A stretch of 64,000 bases of DNA from an uncultured bacterium (GTDB taxonomy: Bacteria; Armatimonadota; JACIXR01). Under the pieces are notes generated by a model. It worked only from the letters and a program-made list of their open reading frames with translations. It ran no database searches and was not told where the DNA came from. Location of the stretch: assembly GCA_938041455.1 (NCBI GenBank), contig CALITO010000023.1, forward strand, positions 370 to 64,369, written 5' to 3'. A program made the translations under genes and the position numbers. Shown here piece by piece: positions 1-14,479 of this stretch. Numbering within the stretch: the first letter of the stretch is position 1; each line of letters starts with the position of its first letter.

Positions 1-571
1 CAAGGGATTTCCCCAGACGAACCTGCTGAGGTAAATCTGGCAAGTGAGGGTAGGTTGGAACCGTCAAAATCCTACCATCATAATCAATTACCCGAGGAAA
101 GAAGAGAACACATCCCCTGGTTGGACAATCATTGGCATCTTCCACTGTATGAAGGGTGGTGTTTGAACTATGCGATACCCCCAGCAACAATATCTTTCCA
201 TTGACCTGACAGAGTTTATGAAATGGGGTGTTCCTCCCACAGGGGGAAGTGGCACCTTTCGTGCCCCTCTAAAAGCCAATCCCTTTCCTTTCCCCACCCC
301 GCAACGGAGTGGGTGGGATGTAGCGACCTTTTCACCCCTTCCATCCTCCAAAATGTATCGGGGATTCTCCCCATAGCGGTGGGAGAAACCCTCACATCAA
401 ATATTATCCCTTCCCTCGCTATGCCATATTCGCCACCCACAAAGGGAGGAAAACTGGGCATAGCCAAGATTCCCTCGCTCGTTATCGCCTCCATCAATGC
501 TTCTATTACCGTCTCTGCTCTACCCTCTACAAAGCCGAAACTGGAAAGAGAAGAGAGGTTTCTTGATTCAT
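1..571 (-). pseudogene. AAC(3)/YokD-family N-acetyltransferase, disrupted (runs off left edge)
   Basis: One frame reads SSLSSFGFVEGRAETVIEALMEAITSEGILAMPSF...MGRIPDTFW...RSLHPTHSVAGWG and stops at 216. A second frame from about 255 continues SPCGRNTPFHKLCQVNGKILLLGVSHSSNTTLHTVED, both AAC(3)-type motifs. The SD-preceded ATG near 571 is out of frame with the body. Confidence 0.75.
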
Positions 572-628
572 CAGAAATTTGACCCCCTTTCTCCTTGCTA
601 ATATTTCCACAAAGATTATACTTTTTAA

Positions 629-1941
<1,313 letters not shown>

Positions 1942-1942
<1 letters not shown>

Positions 1943-3678
1943 TGAGAAAAACCAAGATAGTAGCTACTATAGGCCCAGCGAGCGAGAAGCCAGAGATACT
2001 GCGAGAACTCATCCTAGCAGGTATGGATGTAGCGCGGCTCAACTTCGCCCATGGCTCCTATGAGGAACAAGGAGCAAGGATTAAAAACATAAGGAAACTG
2101 TCCCAGGAATTGGGGAAACAAGTAGCCATCCTACAGGATCTTCCCGGCCCTAAGCTAAGGATAGGGGAGATCCTTAACACCCAGGGGCTACACTTAGAGG
2201 AGGGACAATCTATTTCCCTCCTTTTAAGCGAAAGAGCAGAGAGGGAGATACCCATTCCTCTACCTGCGGTTTTTAAGGCATTGAAGAAGGGGGATAGAAT
2301 CCTACTCGCAGATGGTAATATCCAATTAGAGGTAACGAAGCCGGGGAAGGAAAGGGTGGAATGCGAGGTGATAAGTGGAGGAAATCTGCTTTCCCATCAG
2401 GGTGTTAACCTCCCTGGCGTAAGCCTGCCCATACCCTCCCTCACCGAAGAGGACATCAAACATCTTAACTTTGGTATGGATATGGAGGTGGATTGGGTTG
2501 CGCTGTCATTTGTGCGGAGTGCAAATGATATAAGACATTTAAGAGGGATAATGCTTCAGCGAGGCGCTCCCATACCAGTGATAGCAAAAATAGAGAAACA
2601 GGAAGCGGTAGAAAATATAGAAGAGATCTGTGAGGAAGCAGACGGGGTGATGGTAGCAAGAGGAGACCTGGGTTTAGAAATACCCCTCGAAGAAGTACCT
2701 ACCCAGCAGAAGAACATCTTAAGATTGGCTAATAAATTAGGCAAACCTTCCATAGTAGCCACCCAAATGTTAGAATCTATGGTCCATAATCCCCGTCCCA
2801 CCAGAGCCGAAGTGGCTGATGTGGCAAACGCGATATTGGATGGAGCAGATGCAGTGATGCTCTCGGAAGAGACGACCATAGGGAGGTATCCCGTTGAAGC
2901 GGTTAGCATTATGCACCGAATAGCGGAGAGAACGGAAAAATTCATAGATACACGGCGTTTCTTCGCCTATCGCCTCAACGAGGGGGTAGAAACCACTACA
3001 GACGCCATAGCTATCAGCGCCTGCCAAATAGCCATCAGCCTATCCGCGAAGGCGATAATAACGGTAACATCTTCCGGTTATACCGCCAGGATGGTCTCTC
3101 GCTATAGACCTTCTACTCCTGTAATCGCAACCACACCCGAGGTCAAAACGCTCCGCCGCCTCTCCCTTGTCTGGGGAGTTTATCCCTGCTTTATCCCCTA
3201 TTATGATAGCACAGATGAAATGCTATCCAAAAGCATAGATATCGCTAAAGAAGCGGGCTTCGTCAAAGACGGAGATGTAGTAGTGCTCACCGGCGGCGTC
3301 CCCATAAAGATACCAGGAACAACTAACCTCCTCAAAGTTCATATGGTAGCAAGGACACTCGCTACGGGTAGGAGTTTCGGAAAAGGGATAGTAAGCGGTA
3401 AATTGAAATGGTTAAAAGAGAAAGAAGAGATAGCAAGCGGATATATAGTAGCGGTTGAGAAAATAGAAGAGTGGATGTTACCTTATATCAAAGAAGCAAA
3501 AGCTATATTGACCAAAGAAGAAGGAGTGCGTAATTACCGGCTTCTTACCAATTCCGAAATAGAGGCACCCTTACTGGTCGGTATAGGCGTTGGTGAGGAA
3601 ATCCTGAGAGACGGTATGATATTGACGGTGGATTTTGACAAAGGTGTGATCTCTGAGGGGGAAACAAAGGTGATATGA
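1942..3678 (+). CDS. pyk: pyruvate kinase with C-terminal swivel (PEP-utiliser mobile-like) extension
   Basis: RKTKIVATIGPAS, IAKIEK, GVMVARGDLG, ATQMLESM, PTRAEVADVANA; start overlaps the eno stop (TGATG). Confidence 0.98.
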
Positions 3679-4055
3679 AAAGAAGAAGGCAAAAAACTAC
3701 AAAAAACTATAGCATTTGGTTATTTCTACTTTTCCTATTCTTTAGTTTTATGCTCGTGCGGGTGTTGATTTCTCTGGGGAAAGCGACCCTTTGTTGGAAA
3801 AGGGAAAGGAAAGAGGTTAAAAGAATAGAAAAGGAAAACGAAAAATTGGAGAAACAAATTGAGGAAATATGGAAATTTGTTGATGATCTCCGACAAGGAA
3901 AGGGATGGGAGGAAAAGTTGAGGGAACGAGGCTTTGTTAAGAAAGGAGAGATTTTAATTCAGATAGAGGGTAAGTTACCCGAACCCTCAGAGAAGAAGGA
4001 GTTCCTACTCCAAAAGCTTCTCCAATGGTTGAAAAGAAGAGAAGAACAGGAGTAA
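3675..4055 (+). CDS. FtsB/DivIC-like septum formation initiator
   Basis: One N-terminal TM helix, a coiled coil, then EEKLRERGFVKKGEI, resembling the DivIC/FtsB C-terminal motif; eno-linked position is typical of ftsB. Confidence 0.7.
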   Translation: MKRRRQKTTKNYSIWLFLLFLFFSFMLVRVLISLGKATLCWKRERKEVKRIEKENEKLEKQIEEIWKFVDDLRQGKGWEEKLRERGFVKKGEILIQIEGKLPEPSEKKEFLLQKLLQWLKRREEQE

Positions 4056-4135
4056 GGGAACTTATCTCCTCACTAAAACTCTTTTTTGTTTGTGCTTGAC
4101 AGGAGCGCCTTCGGGGGGTTACACTTTTATATCCA

Positions 4136-5164
4136 ATGGCAAAAGTAGGAATCGTTGGTGCAACTGGATTAGTAGGAGAAACCCTTTTAGGACTCCTCCT
4201 AAATCATAGTGGGGCTGAAGTTATTCTGCTTACCTCAGACCACGCCGCAGGTAAGAAGGTAAAGGATGTGCTCCCCCGCTTTAGGAACCTTGATCTCGTT
4301 CTTGAACCTGTGAATTTAGATGAACTACAAAAATGCGATGTCGTGTTTATCTGTAAGCCTCACGGTGCCTCAATGGAATTGGTCAAGGAACTCATTCCCA
4401 AAGGGGTTAAAGTAGTGGATTCGGGAGCGGACTTTCGCCTTAAAGACCCTGAACTTTTCTCCAAGTGGTATTCTAAACCCCACATCGCCCCTCATCTCCT
4501 TCCCCTAAGTGTTTATGGTCTGCCCGAGCTCCATAAAGAGGAACTTAAAAGCGCATCCCTCGTAGCAGTGCCAGGTTGTTATCCCACCGGGGTCATCCTC
4601 TCGGTTGCTCCTCTGGCAAAAGCAAAACTTATAGAAGACGAAGTTCTCGCAAATTGCTATTCTGGAGTTTCCGGAGCGGGAAGGAACTATAATCCTTCTA
4701 TAGGAAACCTTTTTATAGATTGCTATGATAATCTCAGACCCTACAATGTCTTGGTGCACCGCCACACTCCAGAGATGGAACAGGAACTCTCCCTCCTTGG
4801 GGAAAGACCAATCTCTGTCCTCTTTGTTCCCCATCTTGCCCCAATAGAAAAAGGCATACTTTCCACCACTTATGTTAAGCTGAGGGAAAATCTTACCGAA
4901 GATTCCCTCTACCAACTTTACTCTCAGTTCTACGAGGGGATGCCCTTTGTCAGATTATCCTCCGACCTTCCCTCCACCAAGCGGGTGAAGGACACGAATT
5001 ACTGCGATATAACTATTAGAACCGACGGTAGATGGGTGATTGCAATATCCGCCATAGATAATCTACTGAAAGGGGCCGCCGGTCAGGCAGTGGAATGCTT
5101 CAACATTATGAACTCCTACCCTCAGGATGAGGGTTTAAAATACGATAAATGGACGGGAGAGTGA
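4136..5164 (+). CDS. argC: N-acetyl-gamma-glutamyl-phosphate reductase
   Basis: GIVGATG, DSGADFRL, VYGLPEL, PGCYPT, SGVSGAGR, HRHTPE, DNLLKGAAGQA. Confidence 0.97.
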   Translation: MAKVGIVGATGLVGETLLGLLLNHSGAEVILLTSDHAAGKKVKDVLPRFRNLDLVLEPVNLDELQKCDVVFICKPHGASMELVKELIPKGVKVVDSGADFRLKDPELFSKWYSKPHIAPHLLPLSVYGLPELHKEELKSASLVAVPGCYPTGVILSVAPLAKAKLIEDEVLANCYSGVSGAGRNYNPSIGNLFIDCYDNLRPYNVLVHRHTPEMEQELSLLGERPISVLFVPHLAPIEKGILSTTYVKLRENLTEDSLYQLYSQFYEGMPFVRLSSDLPSTKRVKDTNYCDITIRTDGRWVIAISAIDNLLKGAAGQAVECFNIMNSYPQDEGLKYDKWTGE

Positions 5165-5169
5165 ATTAA

Positions 5170-5515
5170 ATGAAAAGAGCGATTTTCTTTTCCTTGTTCC
5201 TTGTTATATTGGCTCTCCTTCCCCTTGGCTGCGGAGAGGACCACAGAAATGACCTAAGCTGGGTATTATCCCGCTATGGGAAACCTGAGGAAACGGATGT
5301 TGAATATTCGCCTGATGGCATCGCTTATATGATTCTCTGGTATTGGTCTCAGGGAAAGGGGTTCAAATTTAAGGAAGAAACCTATCTTTCTGTAAGGGGG
5401 TTGGAGTGTAAGGAAAGATATTATTGGAGACTAATAGACGAATACAATTTCCAACCTACACCTTCAAAGGAAGAGCGAGAGAAAATCAAAAGAAGATTCC
5501 TAGGGAGCGAGCAAG

Positions 5516-5526
<11 letters not shown>
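5170..5526 (+). CDS. hypothetical lipoprotein
   Basis: Signal peptide ending in lipobox LPLGC; overlaps the next gene. Confidence 0.65.
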
Positions 5527-8025
<2,499 letters not shown>

Positions 8026-8029
<4 letters not shown>

Positions 8030-9303
8030 AGCTCCTTATAAAAGGCGGAAGAGTGATAGACCCTTCTCAGAGATTGGACGAACTCGCCGATGTTCTTATA
8101 GAAGAAGGAATTATAAAAGCCATAGAAAAGGACATACAAGTAGATGCACCTATATATGAGGCCAAGGGCAAATTGGTGTTGCCTGCCTTCGTGGACCTCC
8201 ATTGCCACCTACGGGAGCCGGGGCAGGAACATAAGGAGGATTTGGCAAGCGGCTCTCTGGCTGGCGTTGCAGGAGGCTTCTGCGCCCTCTTCGCTATGCC
8301 CAATACCTCTCCCCCCCTTGATAGCAAATCACAAATAGGTTATATCCTGGCGAAAGCTGCCCACCTGCCACTCTATATCTTTCCCGTAGGGGCTTTATCA
8401 TTGGGGATGAGAGGAGAGGAACTTGCACCCATAGGAGAATTAGCAGAGGCGGGCGTGAAAGCCATCTCAGACGATGGGATGCCCGTTCAAAACAGCGGAT
8501 TATTGAGAAATGCCCTTCTCTATGCGAGGATGTTCAATCTAACAGTGATACTACATTGCGAGGACACCTCGCTCTCCCAAGGGGGTGTAGCAAACGAGGG
8601 TTTCACCGCCACCCGCCTTGGGCTCCGGGGTATCCCCACTTCAGCAGAAGAGATAGCAGTAGTGAGAGCTGTGCTCCTTGCCTTGGAAACCGGCTGTAAA
8701 GTTCACATATGCCATATATCCACGAAAAACTCATTGGAATTAGTGAGATGGGGTAAAACCAAAGGCGCACCTATAACTTGCGATGTCACTCCCCACCATC
8801 TCGTCCTCACCGAGGAAGCAATAGAGAATTATGACACAAGGGCTAAGTGTAATCCTCCCCTGCGAAGCGAGGAAGACAGAAAGGCACTTATAGAGGGACT
8901 CCTTGATGGAACGATAGATTGCATAGCAACCGACCACGCCCCCCATTCTAAGGACGAATGGGATGTGGAATTCGACCTCGCCCCATTCGGTATAGCGGGC
9001 TTAGAAACAGCCTTCCCCCTCCTTTATACCACATTGGTGGAGAATGGATTGATACCACTGGAACTGTTGGTGGAAAAGATGTCTACTACACCTGCTCAGC
9101 TTATGGATTTAGAACTGGGTAGTTTAAAAGTGGGGAGGGAGGCAAATCTCGTAGTGATTGACACCAAACCTATAAGGGTAAATGTGGAAAGTCTTTTTTC
9201 TCGGGGCAAGAATAACCCCTTCCAGGGATGGACATTAAAGGGGTTCCCTTGTTTAACAATTTGTAAAGGAGAAATAGTTTTTGAAAGGAGGGCTGAACTA
9301 TGA
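8026..9303 (+). CDS. pyrC: dihydroorotase
   Basis: DLHCHLREPG, MPNT, KCNPPLR, IATDHAPH. Confidence 0.97.
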
Positions 9304-11738
9304 AATCCTTACTTTTAGTTGTTGCCATCCTACCCCTTGCTTTGGGAGCAGAGGTTAATTCTCCCTTCGGAATGGGCATATATTTCGGCAACCGTTATAC
9401 CCCCGAGGAGATGAAAAAAGCTGCCCAGATGGCGCAGGCTATCGGTATAAAATGGTCGAGAGAAGAATTATCCTGGGGCGCCATCCAACCCGAAGAGGAT
9501 AAATGGGACTACAGCCGATATGATGTGGCGGTTGAAACAGCCTATGCGCAGGGTATATCCCTCTTCGGACTCCTTGACTACTGCGCTCCCTGGGCGAGCA
9601 CCGCTCCCGAAGGAGCGGAGAAACCCTGGTTTTGGCTACCACGCCTTGAAGCCTGGCAAAATTATGTCCGCACCACTGTGAACCGCTACAAGGACAAAAT
9701 AAAGTATTGGGAAATATGGAATGAGCCGAATATACCCACCTTCTGGCAACCCCAACCCAATCCCGATGATTACTTTTCTCTTCTCCAAACCTCCTATGTA
9801 ACTATAAAACAAGTAGACCCCTCCGCTAAAGTAATCGGTATATGTTCAGCCGGCACAGATATAGATTTTATAGAGAGAGTCCTTAACAAAGGAGGGGGTA
9901 AGTATATGGATATACTCTCCGTCCATCCTTATAGATGGCCCTCCTCCCCCGAGGAAACTGGCTTCCTTGAAGAGATGCAGAAACTTCGCTCTCTCCTCCA
10001 GCGTTACGGACTCGACATCCCCATCTGGATAACGGAGATAGGTTGGCCAACCCACGATAAAGGGGTATCCGAGCTTGACCAGGCGAAAATGTTAGTGCGA
10101 ACCTATATCATCGCCATCGGGAGCAAAGTAATAGATAAGATCTTCTGGTATGACTTCAGAGACGATGGAACAGATCCCACTGACCCCGAACAGAATTTCG
10201 GTATTATAAAGAGAGATTTCCTCCCCAAAAAAGCTTATAACGCCTACAAAGTGATGACCCAACTTCTGGAAGGGAAAACGCCCCAAGGCAGAGTAGATCT
10301 TTGGGATGACAATCTTTGGGGCTTCTCCTTTGCAAAAGGCAAGAACTTGACCCTCGTTCTCTGGTCCCATAGGGGAGAGGGGACAGTTAACCTCTTGACT
10401 AAGGTAAGGAAGGTAACTGTCCACGATATGTATGGCAAAAAGAGAGAGCTTACTCCGAGGGAGGGGAAACTTTTGCTCGATCTTTCTGAAGAACCTGTAT
10501 ATGTTGAGGGATTAGAGACAGTTGAGGTAGGTAGCCCACCAGTTCAGTTCCTCATCTCCCGCATCCGTGCCACCGGGGGCACGGAAAACGAGGTCTCGGT
10601 CCTTGTGGAAAATCTCTTTAATAAACCTGTCCAAGGGAAGGTTTACCTCCTCGCTCCAGATGGCTGGAAGGTTTCTCCCACGGAAAAAGAATACCAACTT
10701 CCTGCGGGAGATTATCAATACATAAGTTTTAAGATAACACCCCCTATAAACGCCCAAGGTGATTATCCTCTCAGAGCCCGACTTATCACAAAAGACGGCG
10801 TCCAGGCGTCCGCCTTCTCCACCGTCCAGGTTACCCAACCTATAGCGATAGCTCTTAAACCTTCCCTTTCCTCCACCCTTTCTCCCAGTTTGGATGTCAT
10901 TATTAAAAATAGAACCTCCCAAAATTTGAAGGGAACGCTCTCCATCCTATCCGAGGAGCTCCAGTTGAAAGAAGATAGAGAAATTTCCTTTTCCCCGGGC
11001 GATAATCGTCTTTCCTGGCCTATAGGGGTAAGCCTGGATTTAGATAAACCATATGAGGTAAAGGCTTCCCTCCATTTAGAGGGCATAACATCTAGCGTGG
11101 AGAGAATGGTAACCTTCTATCCGTGTATGAAAACTTCTCGTCCACCGGTCATAGATGGGGAGATTTCCCCTGAGGAATGGGCGGAGGCTGTGCCTATAAG
11201 AGTAGATAAATACGGTATCAAAGAAGGAGAGTGGAGGGGTTCTGAGGACCTATCCGCAACCGCTTATTTCCTTTGGGATGACGAGCAAGCCTACTTTGCG
11301 ATGAGGGTAGTTGATGATGTTTTCAATCAGCCATATTTAGGAGGCGATATCTGGCAAGGGGATAGTGTGCAAATAGGTTTAGCTTTCTCTCCCTTAGAGG
11401 ATGTATTGGGTGTTTACTATGCGGAAGCAGGGCTCGCCTTAACTCAGAGAGGGAAGCTCCTTTGGGTGTGGCATGCCCCGGGCATACCCTTTGTGGGAGA
11501 GTTTCAAGAGCTCAACTTTATTATAAAGCGCAAAGAGAAGGAGGTAATTTACGAAGTAGCCATTCCCTACCGCGCCTTGAACTTCGGTCTCTCCTCCGGC
11601 GCTTGGATAGGACTTGATATAATGGTGAACGATAACGACGGAAAGGGGAGAAAGGGCTGGATAGAATGGGGAAGAGGATTAAGCAGGGAGAAGAATCCCC
11701 GCCTCTTTTGGGATATGATCTTCATAGATAAAGAATAA
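9300..11738 (+). CDS. secreted clan GH-A glycoside hydrolase (GH39/GH5-like) with Ig-like and C-terminal CBM9-like domain
   Basis: Signal peptide; WEIWNEP acid/base and WITEIGW nucleophile motifs; C-terminal PPVIDG...WDD...GDSVQ...VNDNDG typical of CBM9/DOMON-like domains. Confidence 0.8.
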   Translation: MKSLLLVVAILPLALGAEVNSPFGMGIYFGNRYTPEEMKKAAQMAQAIGIKWSREELSWGAIQPEEDKWDYSRYDVAVETAYAQGISLFGLLDYCAPWASTAPEGAEKPWFWLPRLEAWQNYVRTTVNRYKDKIKYWEIWNEPNIPTFWQPQPNPDDYFSLLQTSYVTIKQVDPSAKVIGICSAGTDIDFIERVLNKGGGKYMDILSVHPYRWPSSPEETGFLEEMQKLRSLLQRYGLDIPIWITEIGWPTHDKGVSELDQAKMLVRTYIIAIGSKVIDKIFWYDFRDDGTDPTDPEQNFGIIKRDFLPKKAYNAYKVMTQLLEGKTPQGRVDLWDDNLWGFSFAKGKNLTLVLWSHRGEGTVNLLTKVRKVTVHDMYGKKRELTPREGKLLLDLSEEPVYVEGLETVEVGSPPVQFLISRIRATGGTENEVSVLVENLFNKPVQGKVYLLAPDGWKVSPTEKEYQLPAGDYQYISFKITPPINAQGDYPLRARLITKDGVQASAFSTVQVTQPIAIALKPSLSSTLSPSLDVIIKNRTSQNLKGTLSILSEELQLKEDREISFSPGDNRLSWPIGVSLDLDKPYEVKASLHLEGITSSVERMVTFYPCMKTSRPPVIDGEISPEEWAEAVPIRVDKYGIKEGEWRGSEDLSATAYFLWDDEQAYFAMRVVDDVFNQPYLGGDIWQGDSVQIGLAFSPLEDVLGVYYAEAGLALTQRGKLLWVWHAPGIPFVGEFQELNFIIKRKEKEVIYEVAIPYRALNFGLSSGAWIGLDIMVNDNDGKGRKGWIEWGRGLSREKNPRLFWDMIFIDKE

Positions 11739-11748
11739 GAAGAGGGAA

Positions 11749-12651
11749 ATGGCCCAGCTGAGAAAGCTCACTACCATCGGCTGGCGAGGTATAACGGTAG
11801 AGGTTCCCGAGGATTGGAGCGTAGCAGCAATTGGGGGCGAAGAACATCCGGAGTATATTCGCATAGACGACCCCTACGGAAACTCTTATGTGGAGATTAA
11901 GTGGTGGAGTAATCCAAGACCCACGCTAATCCTTGAGGACGCCCTTGACAACTTCCTCACCCGCATCCAGAAGGAAGCGAGGAAGAAGAAAATCCCCTTA
12001 AATCTCAAGAAAAGAAAAGCTCCCCCCTATTTAGAAAGGGGTGACAGGGAGACCTTGGTATTCTCCTGGCGGAGCGACAGGAAAGGGATAGGAAGAGTTT
12101 GGCACTGTAAAACCTGTGGGAAGATAGTGATGGCCCAGGTAGCTGGGGTGAATATCCCTCCTCTTGCCGGGCATATCCTCTCCACCATAGAGGACCATTC
12201 ATCAACAGGGAAAAATGTATGGGCACTTTTCCAATTCTATATGGAGTTGCCCGAGGATTTCAAACTTGTAGAGCAAAAACTCATGTCTGGTTTCCTCCAG
12301 TTATCCTTTAGAGGTCAGCGCAAGTTCAGGCTAAAAGTGGAAAGATATAGCATAGCGGAGAGGTTCCTCGCTGGAGGTAATTTTAAAGACTGGGCAAGGG
12401 CTGAGTTTTCCAAAAGGGCAAGGGGATTTTCCCTCTCCTTTTATGAGGAGGCATTCCGAGAGCACCCTGCGTTAGGAGCTAAGGGAAAGAGGAGAGTGGT
12501 GGGCGCGCTCCCTTTGTTAGGGGAATTCGCCCATCTCTTCGCCTGGCATTGTAGGGAAGAAGACAAAATTTTCCTCTTGGAAATGAAGGGGAAAAAAGAT
12601 ATAATTTCTATTGAAGAGGTGCGAGAGAACATCCGATGCCATTCCACCTGA
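11749..12651 (+). CDS. hypothetical protein with internal two-fold repeat and putative metal ligands
   Basis: 300 aa, overlaps the next gene; halves share VEVPEDW/MELPEDF, WHCKTC/WHCREE and IEDH/IRCH. Confidence 0.7.
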   Translation: MAQLRKLTTIGWRGITVEVPEDWSVAAIGGEEHPEYIRIDDPYGNSYVEIKWWSNPRPTLILEDALDNFLTRIQKEARKKKIPLNLKKRKAPPYLERGDRETLVFSWRSDRKGIGRVWHCKTCGKIVMAQVAGVNIPPLAGHILSTIEDHSSTGKNVWALFQFYMELPEDFKLVEQKLMSGFLQLSFRGQRKFRLKVERYSIAERFLAGGNFKDWARAEFSKRARGFSLSFYEEAFREHPALGAKGKRRVVGALPLLGEFAHLFAWHCREEDKIFLLEMKGKKDIISIEEVRENIRCHST

Positions 12652-13040
12652 AAAAGAGAACACCAACCCTTAGTAAAAAGGAGGCGCTCGATACCCTCCC
12701 CATCCGCAATCCTTATGTTGAATGGCACAAAACGGAGGAGGGGGAGGTTATCATAAAGGTGCCAAGACGCGGGGATTGGGTAGGGAAACTGCTCACCTTT
12801 ATCTTCGCACCCCCTGAGATCAGACAAGTAGCTCTTGACAAAATAGGATCTCTGGTGTGGGATTTATCTGATGGCCAGCACAGCTTTGAGGAAATCGTGC
12901 GGGTGGTGAGCAGGAATTACAAGCTGACGAGGCGGGAAGCAGAGGTGGGGGTAGCTGCTTTCCTCAGGGAATTAGGTAAGAGAAAATTGATAGTCTTAGC
13001 AGTAAGAAAGGAGGAAGGCAAGGATGAGACGAAGCAGTAA
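12636..13040 (+). CDS. stand-alone PqqD-family (RiPP recognition element) protein
   Basis: VALDKIGSLVWDLSDGQHSFEEIVRVVSRNY...VAAFLRELGKRKLI fits the PqqD/RRE pattern. Confidence 0.85.
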   Translation: MPFHLKKRTPTLSKKEALDTLPIRNPYVEWHKTEEGEVIIKVPRRGDWVGKLLTFIFAPPEIRQVALDKIGSLVWDLSDGQHSFEEIVRVVSRNYKLTRREAEVGVAAFLRELGKRKLIVLAVRKEEGKDETKQ

Positions 13041-13665
13041 AAACATATCCGCTGCGGAAAAAGAAGGCAAAATTGGGAGGATAAGCCAATTACCTCTTAG
13101 GGTAGCTCTCAAGTTCACTTTCCAGAATATGCGGATACGCTTTGGTAGAGAAGTGCTCGCTGCGGGTGGCACCTTTTTAGGAACCGCCTTTTTGATGGCA
13201 ACTTTTATGCTGAACACGGTTCGCCACGCCATAGAGAAAGAGATTCCTCCCGATATCCAGGCGAGGGCGATTTGGATTGCCTCCGTGGCGCTCGTCGTTT
13301 GCACAATCGGCATCACCAACTCCATGCTTATTGCTGTATCGGAAAGGTTCCGCGAGATAGGGACAATGAAATGTCTCGGCGCATTGGATTCCCTTATCGT
13401 GAGATTGTTCCTCCTTGAAGCATTGTTCCTGGGTATAAGTGCTTCCTTAGGAGGTGCAATCCTCGGTTTCGTTTCCTCCTTTTTGGTTCACTGGGGAAGA
13501 TACGGCTGGGGTGAGTTGATTGCTCATCTCCCGGTGGGAGGAATACTCCAGAATTTCCTGCTGGTATTCATAATAGGAGTAGCCCTTACCGTTATAGCAA
13601 CTATCTGGCCAGCCTATAGGGCCTCGAGGCTCCCTGCTGCAGCAGCATTGAGGATAGAGGTTTAA
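13024..13665 (+). CDS. FtsX/MacB-like ABC permease lacking a large periplasmic domain
   Basis: GITNSMLIAVSERFREIGTMKCLGA, FLLEA, WPAYRASRLPAAAALR; four TM helices in 213 aa. Confidence 0.9.
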   Translation: MRRSSKNISAAEKEGKIGRISQLPLRVALKFTFQNMRIRFGREVLAAGGTFLGTAFLMATFMLNTVRHAIEKEIPPDIQARAIWIASVALVVCTIGITNSMLIAVSERFREIGTMKCLGALDSLIVRLFLLEALFLGISASLGGAILGFVSSFLVHWGRYGWGELIAHLPVGGILQNFLLVFIIGVALTVIATIWPAYRASRLPAAAALRIEV

Positions 13666-13666
13666 T

Positions 13667-13694
13667 TTGACAAGGAAAATGCTTTTATTAAAAT
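13667..13694 (+). promoter_or_regulatory. sigma70-type promoter for the ABC ATPase
   Basis: TTGACA-N16-TAAAAT followed by SD AAGGAGG. Confidence 0.55.
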
Positions 13695-13718
13695 GTTTAT
13701 CAAGGAGGCGAGAAAAGA

Positions 13719-14459
13719 ATGGCTATTGCCGAATACATCGTGCGAACAAAGGATCTTGTTAAGGAGTATATTATGGGCGATACCGTCCTAAGGGCTCTGG
13801 ACGGTGTCTCTCTTGACATCAAGAGGGGAGAATATATCTCCATTATGGGCCCCTCTGGCTCGGGAAAGACAACCCTTTTCAATATGATAGGGGGGCTGGA
13901 TAGACCCACCGCGGGCTCCGTTTTCATAGACGAGGTGGATATTGCTCAACTGGACGCTTACGAACTCGCTTGGCTCCGCTGCCGACGCATCGGCTACATC
14001 TTTCAAACCTTTAACCTTATCCCCGTTATGACCGCTTTGGAGAACGTTACCCTACCGATGATTTTCGCTGGGCTCACCACCGATGAAGCAATAGAGAAAG
14101 GAGTCGAACTCCTCAAACTTGTAGGGTTAGGGGATAGGCTTCACCATAAACCAAATGAGCTCTCTGGTGGTCAACAGCAGAGGGTAGCCATCGCTAGGGC
14201 CCTCGCTAATGACCCAGGCATTGTCCTCGCCGATGAGCCCACGGGAAACCTCGACCTCCGCACAGGTAAGGAGATCATAACCCTCCTCAAAAAGCTTAAC
14301 CAGGAGAGAGGGGTAACCATTATCTCCGCTACCCATGACCTGAAAATGATAGATGTCTCCGATAGGGTGGTCTGGATAAGAGATGGAAAGATAGAACGCA
14401 TAGAAGAGAGAGCACAACTGGAAATTAGCGTGGGCGAGATAGGGGGAGAAGAAATCTAA
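13719..14459 (+). CDS. ABC ATP-binding protein (LolD/MacB type)
   Basis: GPSGSGKT, IFQTFNL, LSGGQQQRVAIARAL, LADEPTGNLD, ATHD. Confidence 0.96.
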   Translation: MAIAEYIVRTKDLVKEYIMGDTVLRALDGVSLDIKRGEYISIMGPSGSGKTTLFNMIGGLDRPTAGSVFIDEVDIAQLDAYELAWLRCRRIGYIFQTFNLIPVMTALENVTLPMIFAGLTTDEAIEKGVELLKLVGLGDRLHHKPNELSGGQQQRVAIARALANDPGIVLADEPTGNLDLRTGKEIITLLKKLNQERGVTIISATHDLKMIDVSDRVVWIRDGKIERIEERAQLEISVGEIGGEEI

Positions 14460-14479
14460 TAAAATATACTACTGATAAT

